Below are positions 22,319-34,247 of a stretch of DNA of 64,000 nt, in pieces. The notes beneath the pieces were generated by a model. That model was not told where the DNA came from. It did not search any database and saw nothing but the letters and a program-made list of their open reading frames with translations. The DNA lies in NCBI GenBank assembly GCA_977017575.1, contig CDRNVI010000047.1:248001-312000 (forward strand). The letters are read 5' to 3'. Each line of letters opens with the position of its first letter. Positions within the stretch are counted from its first letter, which is position 1. The position numbers and the translations under genes were made by a program. Origin of the DNA: Paramoeba atlantica (taxonomy: Eukaryota; Protista; Discosea).

Positions 22319-22951
22319 ATGTCCGGCCTACGCTCGTGGGAAGGGGTGACATGTGACGAGGAGGATCACCCGGTTGCGCTGCGCTGGTGTGCCTTAGGAC
22401 TCGGTGGTACGCTTAGTTGGGATTACCTCCCCCAGCGTCTGGTACGCATTGACGTCAGTCACAACAACCTGCGAGGCCCAGTAAACCTCCGCGAGGCCCC
22501 AGAGTGTTTAGAAGAGCTCAATCTTTCCCACAATGCCTTCACGGGGGAATTTGATCTCACTCAGCTCCCCCCGGAGTTGAAAAAACTTTATCTCACCGAT
22601 AACCAATTTGAGGGAAAATGTGACCTGAGCTCACTACCCCCTTCGTTGACTCGGTTAAGTGTGGGATTCAATCATTTTTCTGGTGAGGTTGGTTTGAACG
22701 ATTTGCCGAGGACGTTGCAAAGTCTGATGCTGTCGTTTAACCAGCTGGAGGGGGAGTTGGATATGAGCGATTTGCCACGGGATATGGAGGAGCTCTACGT
22801 TAGGAACAACAAATTTAATGGTAAATGTGACCTTTCGGAGGTTGTTAAGCGAGGTCTTAAGGTGGATGTGTCATTTAACAGGTTTACGGAGATTGTGCAG
22901 TCAAACAATACGGCATCCGAGAATATACAAATTGGTCACCAGGACGAATAA
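22319..22951 (+). CDS. LRR protein (member 6; lacks the N-terminal VRG/PxEY motif)
   Basis: WEGVTC cap remnant plus regular LRRs; start uncertain. Confidence 0.82.
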   Translation: MSGLRSWEGVTCDEEDHPVALRWCALGLGGTLSWDYLPQRLVRIDVSHNNLRGPVNLREAPECLEELNLSHNAFTGEFDLTQLPPELKKLYLTDNQFEGKCDLSSLPPSLTRLSVGFNHFSGEVGLNDLPRTLQSLMLSFNQLEGELDMSDLPRDMEELYVRNNKFNGKCDLSEVVKRGLKVDVSFNRFTEIVQSNNTASENIQIGHQDE

Positions 22952-23254
22952 AATTTGTCATGTAAGGTAGTGGGTTTGTATTTGATCGTGATAGAATGGA
23001 ACGACATTTGATATATCTCAAACGTCAGGGAACAATGTAGATGGTAATTTCTTCCGCGGATAGAGATCGAAATGAGATCATACAAAAAATCCGCGAGATG
23101 CACGAAATCACACACATTACATCCGCAACCTATATTTGTACTTTTAAGACTGCAAAAAATGCAAAGCTTTTTTCTAGCGACAACAGTGAGACGACAATAG
23201 GTCGTAGAAAACCCAATCAATCTTTTTTTCTTTCCGTTCTGTACAACGAAGATA

Positions 23255-23833
23255 ATGAGTGCTTCTTCTGCTACACCACGAGCTGCAAAGGTGCGTGGCG
23301 GGGTGTTTCCCCAGGAATATCATCTTGCCCTTCTGGTGAAAAATATTTCAGTTTCTTTTTACGGCGAGAGGTGGAGCGAAAACACTCCAGCGTGCTCCTG
23401 GAACGGCATAACGTGTGATACGGACCAAAACATAATTAATGTTGGATGGTATAACTGCGGCTTGAACGGAAGTCTTCAGTGGTCCTATCTGCCTTCTACT
23501 CTTCTTACACTCGAGGTTGCTCTCAATTCACTCTGCGGAACAGTTTCGTGGGATATCCTCCCCTCCCAATTGGTGATACTTTCACTGCATCGTAATTATC
23601 TGACGGGTGAAGTGTTGCTACACAATTTGCCACATAGCCTGAAAGAAATGCACCTACAAAGCAACAATTTTTGTGGCAATGTCTATTTTCAAAATTTGCA
23701 CGAAGGGTTACAAGTGTTATACTTGAGTTTGAACCCTGAACTTTATGGTTCAATAGATTGTAACAAACTTCCGACCAGTTTACGTTACCGAGCATGGTAC
23801 GGCACAAACATTACACTCAAGAATGTTGACTAA
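23255..23833 (+). CDS. LRR protein (member 7)
   Basis: KVRGGVFPQEYHL..CSWNGITC plus LRRs. Confidence 0.9.
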   Translation: MSASSATPRAAKVRGGVFPQEYHLALLVKNISVSFYGERWSENTPACSWNGITCDTDQNIINVGWYNCGLNGSLQWSYLPSTLLTLEVALNSLCGTVSWDILPSQLVILSLHRNYLTGEVLLHNLPHSLKEMHLQSNNFCGNVYFQNLHEGLQVLYLSLNPELYGSIDCNKLPTSLRYRAWYGTNITLKNVD

Positions 23834-24117
23834 AATGAGATGTCTCAAAAAAATGTGACAAGGAGAAAATGGAAATCTGTGAAAAAAAGTAAAGTCTTTC
23901 AACAAATATTTACACTCAAGACAATTATTTGTGTAACAAAAAACAGGAAAACAACAATTTGTGAATTTTTTATTGTGCAACAATTTCAGAAGTTGCACAA
24001 TAGAAAATTCACAAATTTTTGCGAACGTTGTACTGCTCCCTCTTTCTTATCTTTTCATTCGCAACCCATCTTTCCCCACACTTTTCCTCTCTCCCACTTC
24101 CCCTTACCCCTACCCCC

Positions 24118-25443
24118 ATGTCCGAAACCCAACACGCCATCGTTCACAGTTTCACCCAATGGTTACGCCAACAAAACCTCCCCGAGCCCACTGCCGTCTC
24201 TGAACTTTGCGAAAAAATCCACAACCTCTTTCACCTCCCTCCCGGCTTCAACCCCCCGAATCCGGTTGCCCTCCAGCACCTGTGGGATCACGCGAGTGAC
24301 GCCCCGGAAGCGAATGGATCTCACGGCTCCAAATCTTCTTCTTTTTCGTTGTCTTCTTCTGAGAGTAAACTTCAGCTCACGCCGCAGTCCCCCGAGGAGG
24401 CCTCCAAGCTCCGCGACTTCCTCTCCATCCTCCACGACCGGGGGTACTTCAAAGGGGCGGACCCCGGGACCCCGGAGCACGAATCCCGGCTCGACAAAGC
24501 GAGGCGCAAGTTCTTCGCGCGGCAGAACCCCTACGAGGGGCTGGACGCGGAGCAGTGCAAGGCGAGGGGGAACGCGGCGATGGCGACCGCGGCGCACAAA
24601 GAGGCGCTGGGTTTCTACACCCGCGCGATTGCGTTGGACTCGGGTAACCATTTGTACTTTGCGAACCGCTCCGCGGCGTACATACAAATGAAGGAGTATG
24701 GCAACGCGGTTACGGATGCGGAAAAGGCGATTGCCTTGGAGCCGGGGTACGCGAAGTCGTATGCGCGTCTCGGGACGGCGTATTTTTATGAGGAGAAGTT
24801 TCAGAAGGCGTCGGAGGCGTATGCGCGGGCGGTGGAGCTGGACCCGCAGAATGCGAGTTATGGGGAGGATCTGCGTCAAGCCCGGGAGAGGGTGAAAAAA
24901 GCGGAGGAAGCTGCAGCGGGGAATAATCCGTTCGGGAGTTTACTGTCGGGGTTAGGAGGAGGAGGGGCTCCGGGATCTGCTGGGTTTGATATGAATCAAC
25001 TGATGGGGATGATGAATAAGCCGGAATTTATGCAAATGGCCTCCCAAGCGATGCAAAATCCGCAGTTTACGTCGTTGATGCAAAACTTTGCGTCACAAAT
25101 GGGAAGTAATGCCCCTGGGATGGGTGACATGCAGCAATTTCTTTCGTCGATGGGAAATAACGCTTTAATGGGTGAGAATGGCAACGCGCTGTCTAACGCT
25201 GCGGAAGGGGGAGATAGCTCAGGGACGGTACAAACCCCGTTTGGCCCGCTGGATGCGCAAGCGTTAAAGCAGCTGCAGGAGGAGGAGGTCCACGGCAACC
25301 CTCGCATGGCGGAGATTGTGGAAGATGTGCGTCAAAATGGGCCCGGGGCGTTTATGAAGCACATGAATGATCCCGAGGTCATGGCCATCATGTCGAAATT
25401 TACCACGCTGTTCTCTCAGAGAGGAGAACCGAAAGAAGAGTGA
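24118..25443 (+). CDS. SGT: small glutamine-rich TPR co-chaperone (SGT)
   Basis: Three TPRs (AEQCKARGN..YFANRSAAY..YAKSYARLG), M/Q/N-rich STI1/DP-like C-terminus. Confidence 0.85.
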   Translation: MSETQHAIVHSFTQWLRQQNLPEPTAVSELCEKIHNLFHLPPGFNPPNPVALQHLWDHASDAPEANGSHGSKSSSFSLSSSESKLQLTPQSPEEASKLRDFLSILHDRGYFKGADPGTPEHESRLDKARRKFFARQNPYEGLDAEQCKARGNAAMATAAHKEALGFYTRAIALDSGNHLYFANRSAAYIQMKEYGNAVTDAEKAIALEPGYAKSYARLGTAYFYEEKFQKASEAYARAVELDPQNASYGEDLRQARERVKKAEEAAAGNNPFGSLLSGLGGGGAPGSAGFDMNQLMGMMNKPEFMQMASQAMQNPQFTSLMQNFASQMGSNAPGMGDMQQFLSSMGNNALMGENGNALSNAAEGGDSSGTVQTPFGPLDAQALKQLQEEEVHGNPRMAEIVEDVRQNGPGAFMKHMNDPEVMAIMSKFTTLFSQRGEPKEE

Positions 25444-25735
25444 AAAGAAGGCGGTAGTGATGTTTGTGTTATAAAACAAATGCTTTACAAAAGATTACAA
25501 TGGTCATTTACTTTCTCATACGGGATAGGTTCCGAGTATCGGATGGAAAACTGCAACAGATACGATAGTATCCCTTATGCTATTTTGTGTTTTTTTAACT
25601 TTATATTCGGCAAAAAGTATACAACTAAGCTAGATATTTTTACAGGCTCGACGCAGAACGCGTGGCTAAACTCGTGGATTATCTTTTTGCTTTTCTTCTT
25701 AATATTTGCATTTCGTCGATTATTTCTTCTAACTC

Positions 25736-26569
25736 ATGCTCTTGAGCTGCCTTTTGTCGGACGTCTCCGAACCCTCCCTGAAACGGATAAAATCGAACAC
25801 AGACGTTGAATCTTCAGATGTGCTATCCTCATATAAGGCTCCTGCATCTAGCCTACGTGCTGGTAAAGTCAGTGGCATGAATCTCCCGCAGGAGTACAAA
25901 TTGGCGCGTGTCATTGAGGACATACAGGTACAAACCAAATATCCCTCTTGGAATGAACACACCCATGCGTGCAAGTGGTACGGAGTATACTGCAACCAAG
26001 AGGGTAAGGTGAATAAAATAGACTGGAAAGTATGTCGCTTATCCGGTACCTTACATCTTTCGCATCTCCCATCCTCGCTATTGCGATGCGAAATGGCATC
26101 TAATTATTTGAAGGGTGAGATTCCACTGGAAGAGCTCTACGATACAACTCCAAAGCTTTACTATCTTGATTTATCAGGCAACAAATTTGGTGGAGCAATT
26201 GATTTAAATTTTGTACCCGCTCGCATGAAATTTTTTGTTCTTGGAAATAATGTTTTGAAGGGCAATTTGCATTTAAGTTTGCTCCCTCTGGAAGCAGAAG
26301 AAGTTTTTTTTCAAGATAACTTCTTTAACGGAAATCTAGACTTAACTTCTCTTCCGAAAAATATAAAATATTTGGATTTGAGAAATAATAAGTTTTCAGG
26401 TGTCATAGATTTGTCACATATCCCGACTTCACTGGAGGGACTGCTAATATGTGGTAACGCCATGCTACGTGGAACAGTGGAAATAGGTACGCTTCCTGAA
26501 CAATTGCGCCGCATGTCCTTTGCATATACAAATATAGACGTTATTGAAGATGAGGGATATGCATCATGA
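25736..26569 (+). CDS. LRR protein (member 8)
   Basis: KVSGMNLPQEYKL..PSW..CKWYGVYC plus LRRs. Confidence 0.9.
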   Translation: MLLSCLLSDVSEPSLKRIKSNTDVESSDVLSSYKAPASSLRAGKVSGMNLPQEYKLARVIEDIQVQTKYPSWNEHTHACKWYGVYCNQEGKVNKIDWKVCRLSGTLHLSHLPSSLLRCEMASNYLKGEIPLEELYDTTPKLYYLDLSGNKFGGAIDLNFVPARMKFFVLGNNVLKGNLHLSLLPLEAEEVFFQDNFFNGNLDLTSLPKNIKYLDLRNNKFSGVIDLSHIPTSLEGLLICGNAMLRGTVEIGTLPEQLRRMSFAYTNIDVIEDEGYAS

Positions 26570-26955
26570 ATATGATATCATGTAAAAAAATATAGAATGA
26601 TATCTTGTAAACAAGATGTAATCTTTGTCTACCGTGTAGTCTTCAACATGAAGCGCGCAGCAGTAGTGACTTTTATGTTAAAAACAACCACCGCGTTTAA
26701 CGAAATGGCTTAAATGGAAAAATTTGGTATGGGCCACACAAATGGCCATAATGGTCTGTTGAGCAATTTGTTTTTGTGTGAAGTATGCTAGTGCATGGAC
26801 CACTTTGTATTCTATTTTATGTTTAAACCTTGCAGCTGGAGCTTTTGAAGGATGTGTTAAGCAAAGTGAGTAAAGAGCAACACTTATCATCTCTTACACA
26901 ATCCATCAGTAATAGGATAAATCAATTCTTGTATTCTCTCTTTCCTTTGTAATTC

Positions 26956-27399
26956 ATGCCTGAAACAGTCTCCATTCAGGACCTGACTCCGGAACAACTC
27001 TCGCAATTAAAATCACAAATGGAAAACGACATCCAAGGCCTCGAACAGGCTTTTCTGGCCCTAAAACAAGCTTCAGCGAAGTTTGCTAATTCCCGCAGTG
27101 CATTGGATTCGCTTCTTAAAAAGCATCAAGGTGTCACCCAGGGCGAGATGTTTATTCCTGTGACAAGTTCGCTGTATGTTCCAGGAAGGATATCCGATCC
27201 CTCTCAGGTGACAATCGATCTCGGCACGGGGTATTACGCTCGTATGGCTACGTCCGAGGCTGTTGCGTACTATGAACGAAAGTGTGCCATGTTAGATCAA
27301 GAAATGCAGAAAGTATCTGAAAGTGCGAACATGAAAGTGCAACAGAAGGACCAAGTTACAGAGGCTCTACAACGAAAATGGGCATTGGCTGCGGCATAG
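26956..27399 (+). CDS. PFDN5: prefoldin alpha subunit 5
   Basis: EMFIPVTSSLYVPGRI..VTIDLGTGYY beta-hairpin between two coiled coils. Confidence 0.88.
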   Translation: MPETVSIQDLTPEQLSQLKSQMENDIQGLEQAFLALKQASAKFANSRSALDSLLKKHQGVTQGEMFIPVTSSLYVPGRISDPSQVTIDLGTGYYARMATSEAVAYYERKCAMLDQEMQKVSESANMKVQQKDQVTEALQRKWALAAA

Positions 27400-28131
27400 A
27401 CTATTGTGAGTGCGTTTAAAATACATTTCTGGTTTGTACGACGTCGTTTTCTACATGTTTTGCTGGGTACTTCTTATGTACAGGAGAAATAACCTCATCA
27501 GATAACATAACAGAATCTGGGAAGGATAACAGAGTCTGTTCCGCGATGCGGTACATGTAGGATTTGACGCGACAAAACACAGTCTAAAAGGATATCACAA
27601 TGGATTAGTCAAGATATTCAAGTTGCTGTGATACATTTTGGTATATTTTGGCATTCACAAAACATTCTTTATTCGCGTCGTCTATTAAAGGTATACAAAA
27701 TTTACACTATTACTTGTGCATTTAGTATTTCCACTACGATGAATGTGATTTTCACAGATCGCACGACAGACTCGCTACGTCTGCCTTATCATTCCGTCAT
27801 GTTTAAGTTCTCCGACACAGCGGGCGAAAACAGAAAGGCCGGGAAAGTAAGGGGTGTGGCATTACCCTTGGAGTACGAGCTTGAGCGTTTGGTAAGTAAC
27901 ATAGTGAATCCGCTTCCTTCTTGGAACACCTCCGTACCTGCACACCAGTGGGAAGGGGTTGATTGTTCGGGCGGAAGGGAAATCTTGGGGTTTGTGGCGA
28001 AAGGGAAAAGATTGATGGGTTCATTTCAATGGAGTACACTGCCTAGGTCTCTACTTGAATTTTCAGTGTACAACAACAAGCTTAGCGGGGAATTAGACCT
28101 CGTAGGCCTTCCACCGCGTTTGATTTCGTTG

Positions 28132-28700
28132 AAGATACAGTTTCTGTACCTTGTTGGTACATTTTCCTTTAGTTCATCTTTTCTTTCCCCGGCAACGGGC
28201 ATAGTCTTACTGTTTATATGCCCGTTGCCGGCCGGCACTAAGGCCGAAACTGTCCCTCTTTCTCGGCGAAGTAGGGGACGCGCTTCCACCCCATCACCCC
28301 TCCCCGGCTCACTCTTTGATTGAGTATTCTTCCCTCCCCGTATTTCTTACTTTCGCGCCTTTTCCTTCCCGGGGAGCCATGCGCCATGGTGGCCTCCCTT
28401 GAGCACCACTGGGCGTGGCTCTGCCTCGTCTTATCGCGAGGCAGCGGTCGGTTGCAGTGCGCCCCTCCGGCTGCGTAAAGAGGTGGTGAGTTGCCTGGAC
28501 CACCTCTACCGACTGGGACCGAGTCGGTTGCAGTGCACCCCTCCGGCTGCGCAAAGAGAGGGCGAGTTGCCTGGACCCCCTCTACCGACAGAATCCGTGC
28601 TAAACCCCCTTGGTGCGACATCCGTCATTACGGATTGTGCCGATGATATCGGCTGTCGCATCAAGGGCTGTATCTCTGCGCCAACGAGCGCATGAGCATC
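28132..28700 (+). mobile_element. SL-RNA-headed SINE-like element, type B, copy B1
   Basis: AAGATACAGTTTCTGTACCTTGTTG|GTAC, same head hairpins as A1, duplicated ~64-nt internal unit, 3' ATCTC-TGCGC-caacga-GCGCA-TGA. Confidence 0.88.
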
Positions 28701-28770
28701 AAACGTCGTACAATCAATTTACGGGTAGTATTGATCTTTGTCATCTTCCTGCAACCTTACTTTCGTTGAT

Positions 28771-29208
28771 TCAGGGGACGCGCTTCCACCCCTTCATCCC
28801 TTCCCGACTCACTCCCCTGGAGTGAGTGTGCTTCCCTCTCTCGGCTCTCTTTCTCGTGTCTACCTTTCCGAGGAGGTAATGCGTCACGGTGGCCTCCCTT
28901 GAGGACCACTAGGCGTGTCCTCCGCCGACGAGACTCCCGGCTCTCCGCACCTGGGGGTCGCCCAGCTCTCTGCACCTCGGCTCTGTCGCAGCTCTCTGCA
29001 CCCGGATTGCCCCCGAAACTGTAATATGGGGATTACGCATCCGGCTCTCTGCACCTGCACATGACAACCGAGCTCTCTGCACCTGGGACCCCAGCTCTCT
29101 GCACCCGCACACCTCTGGCGAGGGCGAACCCTCACTTGATCCGCCCGTCGTATGCGGGCACGGACTTTGTGAGCATAATCTCTGCACTATAAGTGCATGA
29201 ACGAACAA
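28771..29208 (+). mobile_element. 5'-truncated SINE-like element, type A, copy A2
   Basis: Starts at CAGGGGACGCG inside the head and aligns to 21557-21990; joined flanks give TTG ATA CTG as in the paralogue, so no TSD. Confidence 0.88.
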
Positions 29209-29723
29209 ACTGTCAGTGAATAAGTTCTGCGGTGATGTAACGCTTACTAATCTGCCTTCTAGAATAGAGAGTCTTTCGCTTCGTAACAACGCCGAGCTCA
29301 CGGGTACAGTGCACGTACGCTTACTACCGTCAAGCATGAGGTGCAAAGCATTTACTGAAACTAAAATTTTGCAACTGGACTGATCACTGAAATAGCACAT
29401 ACTGTAGGCACATACTGTAGCACATGTACTGTAGGACTCATTGCGTGATTGTGAAAATTTTATTCATAAAAAGTAATTTTTTTCGAAATCTGCTTCTGTA
29501 TCGTACTTAGAGAGTTTGGAACTTCAGATAGCCTTCTACAAAGCTTTTTTCATGTGATTAATTCATGTGTTATTAATTTCATGTGTTAATTAAATTAATA
29601 CGTCTTTTGTTGACATAACTTAGTTTCTCCCCGGTAATATCGTAATTGAATATTTGACTGTAATTAAAATTGCTGTATGAAAAATTTGTTGCACGGAATT
29701 ACCAATTGGAAACGGACTCCTTT

Positions 29724-30383
29724 ATGATCGTAGCTTCTATTGCATTCAGTGTTATTATCACAGATTGTACGGCAAGTTCTTTACTTCCCTCTTATCATCC
29801 CAAAGCATTCGAGTTCTCTGACACAGCGGGTGAGAGCCGAAAAGCGGGACGAGTAAGAGGTGCTTTACTTCCCGCAGAGTACGAGCTTGAGCGTTTGATA
29901 AGTAACATAGTGAATCCGCTCCCTTCTTGGAATGCATCTGTACCTGCACACCAGTGGGAAGGGGTTGATTGTTCTGACGAAGGAAATATATTAGTGTTTG
30001 TGTCCGAAGAAACTAATTTACGTGGCACACTTTTGTGGGATGCACTACCGAGATCTCTACATCGATTCTCAGTATTCACTAACCAACTTACGGGGGGGAT
30101 TGATCTCGTAAATCTTCCGCCACATTTATCTGGTTTTGACGTATCTTACAATCAATTTACGGGTAGAGTTGATCTCTCCCACCTTCCTTCAACATTATCT
30201 TCCTTGATATTGTCAATGAATAAGCTAAGTGGGCAACTAACTATTGCCAATCTTCCCTCCGGACTTCTTAGTCTTTCACTTCGTCACAACGCTGAACTTG
30301 TGGGAACGATTTCCGCGCAACTGCTACCTGAAAGCCTGACGTACAAGGCCTTTCAAGGGACAAAACTTCAAATACAGAATTGA
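29724..30383 (+). CDS. LRR protein (member 10)
   Basis: RVRGALLPAEYELERLISNIVNPLPSW plus LRRs. Confidence 0.9.
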   Translation: MIVASIAFSVIITDCTASSLLPSYHPKAFEFSDTAGESRKAGRVRGALLPAEYELERLISNIVNPLPSWNASVPAHQWEGVDCSDEGNILVFVSEETNLRGTLLWDALPRSLHRFSVFTNQLTGGIDLVNLPPHLSGFDVSYNQFTGRVDLSHLPSTLSSLILSMNKLSGQLTIANLPSGLLSLSLRHNAELVGTISAQLLPESLTYKAFQGTKLQIQN

Positions 30384-30462
30384 TGTACGATAGGAGCTAC
30401 CGGTCGAGCAGAAAATTTGGTCCACTTTTATTTGGCCCGAACTATTTTGGTCCACATAAATA

Positions 30463-31341
30463 TTTAGGCTCTTCGTTAAACGCGGTGGTTGTTTTCAACT
30501 TAGAAGTCACTCATGCTGCGCGCTTCGCGTTGAAAACTACCACCGCGTATAACGAAGAGCCTAAAAAAGAAAAATTGGCTAGGAAAGCTGAAGAAAACGG
30601 AAGGATTTGAGCCAAAAATGGCCGATTTTTAGGTAAAAATGGGGTCATTTTTGGGTATTTTTGCTCTCAGAGCACTAAATTCGACTTTTTCGTGTGGGAA
30701 ATCACTCGTACGCATGTATTCGAGGCTACCAAACGTATTGGGTGGAGGATGCGGCTCCAACCACACCATTCTTTTGACACAAAAAGACCCCTTTGGGTCC
30801 GAAAATTACTTTTTCGCATTTCTTGGTCAAAAACGAGTCATTTTCGGAGGCGTACCACGGCTTCAAGAAGCTACATCTCGCGAAAACAATGGCGTAAAAA
30901 GCTAATATAGGTCCCAAACTAGCAAAATACAATAGGCGAAACAATTTTGGAAAAATACTTTTTTTACCATTTGTTTCGTCAAGTTGAAATTTTTTTCAAA
31001 AAACAAAATCCGAAAAAATCCGAACTTGACGGACCTGTCCTACGCATACGAGGGGGGGTCACCCCCGGGTAGGGGGGTGGAAAATGCGCGCTAAGACCCC
31101 GGCTACCACTTCTGCGCTTTTATTTCGAAAAATAATTTTTTCAAAAAAAATTCGTGCGGTATGCCCCCCCCATGGACCCCCCAAGGGTCCGATTTTTTTT
31201 GATAATGTTTGGACCACCGGAGCCCCTTTTATATTTTTTTCTTCTATTATATTACTGTGTTCCTCTTTATATTTTCACTGTTTTTGTTCACTTTTTTTTC
31301 AATAATCGAGGGTAGAGCGGTAGTTTTACAACCACCGCAAT
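30463..31341 (+). mobile_element. ~880-bp non-coding element with a long terminal hairpin and a related short hairpin at the other end
   Basis: ~35-40-bp stem AGGCTCTTCGTT..CAAC / GTTG..AACGAAGAGCCT; other end GCGGTAGTTTTACAACCACCGC; full copies recur at 54782-55688 and 63117-64000. Confidence 0.8.
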
Positions 31342-31570
31342 TGGTCCGACTATTCTTTCTCCTTCAGACGCGGTCGGCAAAAAAGTCGGGGGATCGGGGG
31401 GTCCAAGGAAGAACTTTCACACTTCGAAAACAAAATTGTGAACAATAACCTTCAGGTGGTTTACGATTCATAAAGCATACAGCGCATTTTTTTGTACTTT
31501 TTCGCCGATAAGTATGCAAAGATTCTTTACCTTTTCTCTTCCTGTTTTCCTTCGTACACTTGTGCGCTAA

Positions 31571-31867
31571 ATGGGCCGTCTGGCCGAAAGGCGGGAGGAA
31601 TGCTACGCATCTCGCGATGCTTATTTTCAGTGTCTGGAGGATCAGGCATGCGGTCGACGTTATCGCTCGGATCGAAATTCCTCCTCTAGTGCACCACGTT
31701 CGGAGTCATCTCCTTCCACAATACCCGCTGAGTCGAACTGCGAGTCATTAGAAGCAGATTATCACACTAAATGCCCCGAAAGTTGGGTGACGTATTTTGA
31801 TAAGCAAAAAGAACGAGAGGAAATTGTACAGACACAAGCTTCTTTGGTGTCGATGCGAACGAACTAA
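31571..31867 (+). CDS. COA6/COX6B-like twin-Cys mitochondrial protein
   Basis: RREECYASRDAYFQCL (CX9C) and CESLEADYHTKCPESWVTYF (CX10C). Confidence 0.8.
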   Translation: MGRLAERREECYASRDAYFQCLEDQACGRRYRSDRNSSSSAPRSESSPSTIPAESNCESLEADYHTKCPESWVTYFDKQKEREEIVQTQASLVSMRTN

Positions 31868-32272
31868 CACCTGCATTTTTACGCAAATTCCCTAACCACA
31901 GGGTTGGTTTGAACTTCTATTTCTGGCACTCATACCAACGGACTCGCTCAGAAACAAGATGCATCCCATTTTCATCTTTTCGTATCGTACTTACACTTTC
32001 CTACATGTGTAGGAAGATAAAACAAAACAGTAGAAGATAAAAAAATCCATCCGATGCAAAACAAACAAAATAACCAAGCCGCATGGACTTTCTTTTTCAA
32101 AAAAATGCTCTTCCGTTTTTCTATTTCAGTCCAGTATGCTCTCACAATATTTCCCTTTCCTCCCGCTCTCTCACTTCTCCTCGCCCACTTTCTTTAAAAA
32201 AGCAACAAAACAAAAACGTTTTTTTCTTCCTTTTTTCCCCTCTCTCCCACCCGCTACATTCCCCCCATTCCC

Positions 32273-33481
32273 ATGTCCCGTTCCTTCCTCTTCTCCTCCG
32301 AGCACGTCACCGAGGGCCACCCGGACAAAATGTGTGACCAAGTCAGCGACGCGGTCCTGGACGCCTGTCTCGCCGTCGACCCCCACGCCAAGGTCGCCTG
32401 CGAGACCGCCACCAAGACGGGCATGGTCATGACGCTCGGGGAGATCACCACCCACGCCCATCTCGACTTCCAGGCCCTCGTGCGCGACACCGTGAAGGAC
32501 ATTGGCTTCTGTGACAGCGCCATGGGGTTTGACTACAAAACCTGCAACGTGCTGACCGCCATCGAGCAGCAGTCCCCGGAGATCAGCCACGCCGCGCGGT
32601 ACGCCGATGAGGAGGAGCTCGGGGCCGGGGACCAGGGGCTGATGTTTGGGTACGCCACGAACGAGACCCCGACGTGCATGCCGCTGACGTATGAGCTCGC
32701 GCGCAGCCTTGCGGTTAAAATCAGTGAGTGCCGGAGGAATGGTATCCTGCCGTGGGCCCGGCCGGATGCGAAGACACAGGTCACGGTGGAGTACGAGGTG
32801 ACGAAAGGGGTGCGGCAGAGTTTAAAACCGAAAAGGGTTAAGGTCGTGCTGCTCTCGGTGCAGCATGCCCCCGGGACGACGATGGAGAAGATCACAGCGG
32901 ACTTAATGGAGCATGTGATTCATCATGTGATCCCGGGGGAGTACTTGGATGAGCACACGGTGTTTCATTTAAACCCCAGTGGGTCGTTTGTGATTGGAGG
33001 CCCACAAAGTGATGCCGGGCTTACGGGGCGTAAGATTATTGTGGACACCTATGGGGGATGGGGGGCGCATGGAGGGGGGGCATTTAGTGGAAAAGACCCA
33101 ACAAAGGTAGATCGCTCGGCGTGTTATGCCGCGCGATGGATTGCAAAGAGTCTGGTGGCGGCACAGTTGTGTGAGCGGTGTCTGGTGCAGGTTGCGTATG
33201 CGATTGGGGTGGCGGAGCCGCTAAGTGTTCATGTGGAGAGTTATGGCACAGGGGTTTGTGAGGATGAGGATCTGCTGCGGATCGTGCAGGAGAACTTTCG
33301 GCTTCGTCCGTATGATATTATTAAAGAGCTGGATTTGCGACGACCGATTTATTACATGACGTCTCGGTTTGGGCATTTTGGTCGTGTAGATGAGTCCGGG
33401 AAGAATGGGTTTACATGGGAGATTCCCAAGAAGCTAAAGATTCCGGAAAAGGTGCACATTCGTAAGACGTCGGTTTTGTAA
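32273..33481 (+). CDS. metK: S-adenosylmethionine synthetase (MAT)
   Basis: [53 protein letters not shown]. Confidence 0.98.
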   Translation: MSRSFLFSSEHVTEGHPDKMCDQVSDAVLDACLAVDPHAKVACETATKTGMVMTLGEITTHAHLDFQALVRDTVKDIGFCDSAMGFDYKTCNVLTAIEQQSPEISHAARYADEEELGAGDQGLMFGYATNETPTCMPLTYELARSLAVKISECRRNGILPWARPDAKTQVTVEYEVTKGVRQSLKPKRVKVVLLSVQHAPGTTMEKITADLMEHVIHHVIPGEYLDEHTVFHLNPSGSFVIGGPQSDAGLTGRKIIVDTYGGWGAHGGGAFSGKDPTKVDRSACYAARWIAKSLVAAQLCERCLVQVAYAIGVAEPLSVHVESYGTGVCEDEDLLRIVQENFRLRPYDIIKELDLRRPIYYMTSRFGHFGRVDESGKNGFTWEIPKKLKIPEKVHIRKTSVL

Positions 33482-34247
33482 AGTTATTTAAAGAAGTAGA
33501 AATATATAAATTGCTGGTTTTCATATCCATTGTTTTTTTAAAGCCCGTGTGTACAATTGCAAACATAAGGATAATAGAGTTACTTTTAAAAGGCGTGTAA
33601 TTCTTATGCTCTTGAGTATTGTAGTGTATATTTTAAGTTTGGATGTTTTTAAGCCGAAGTAACATTGTGCAGGACGGGCAATCCGCACCACAGTATTATT
33701 GGGACCACATTTGGAATTATTGGGAATCAAAATTTACTAATGTGTGAGTTGTCGAATTTGTCTCTTACAGGGCCCTTTGTAAAGTGTATCTAATGCAATG
33801 ACTTCATAAATCTAAAGTTTTTTTGTTTTTCATTTGTGTATTTGCAGTGGTGTAGTGAGGTATCTAACTTGTTAATTTCGTATTTAAAAAATAAGCAAGA
33901 GTTCTAAATCCGAAAATTTCTTGCAATTCCTACTGCAATAAGACAGATTTGATTCCATGAGCCTAAAACTTTCAAAGTCTTATAAGACAGTGTGTGTCGT
34001 TCTCTTACTAGACGCGAGTAGTAAACAATTTAATTCCATCATCGACATTAAACTCTCAAAATAATTCCTATCATAATAAAGCGGTACCACAGATACTTGC
34101 AACGAAATGTAGAGCCGAGAAACTTTTGTCGCCGCTCAGCATAACAATATTTACACTCTCAGTTTTATTACAACATTTGTCTTTTCTTATTGGTTTAGTT
34201 TCTTTGTAGTTTTTTCGTAGCTTTCGTTATTTTCCATATTGCTTCTC

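Larger units (their letters stand above)
27739..29383 (+). pseudogene. LRR gene (member 9) split by two SINE-like insertions
   Basis: Removing 28132-28700 and 28771-29208 restores an ORF colinear with the intact paralogue at 48846-49472. Confidence 0.92.

Noticed and set aside
30466-30562. CRISPR array or prokaryotic terminators
   Set aside because: The palindromes are dispersed, not regularly spaced with unique spacers, and the context is eukaryotic.
30639-31448. ORFs inside the long-hairpin elements (also 38492-38932, 54780-55630, 62944-63986)
   Set aside because: Reading frames are not conserved between copies and have no protein motifs.
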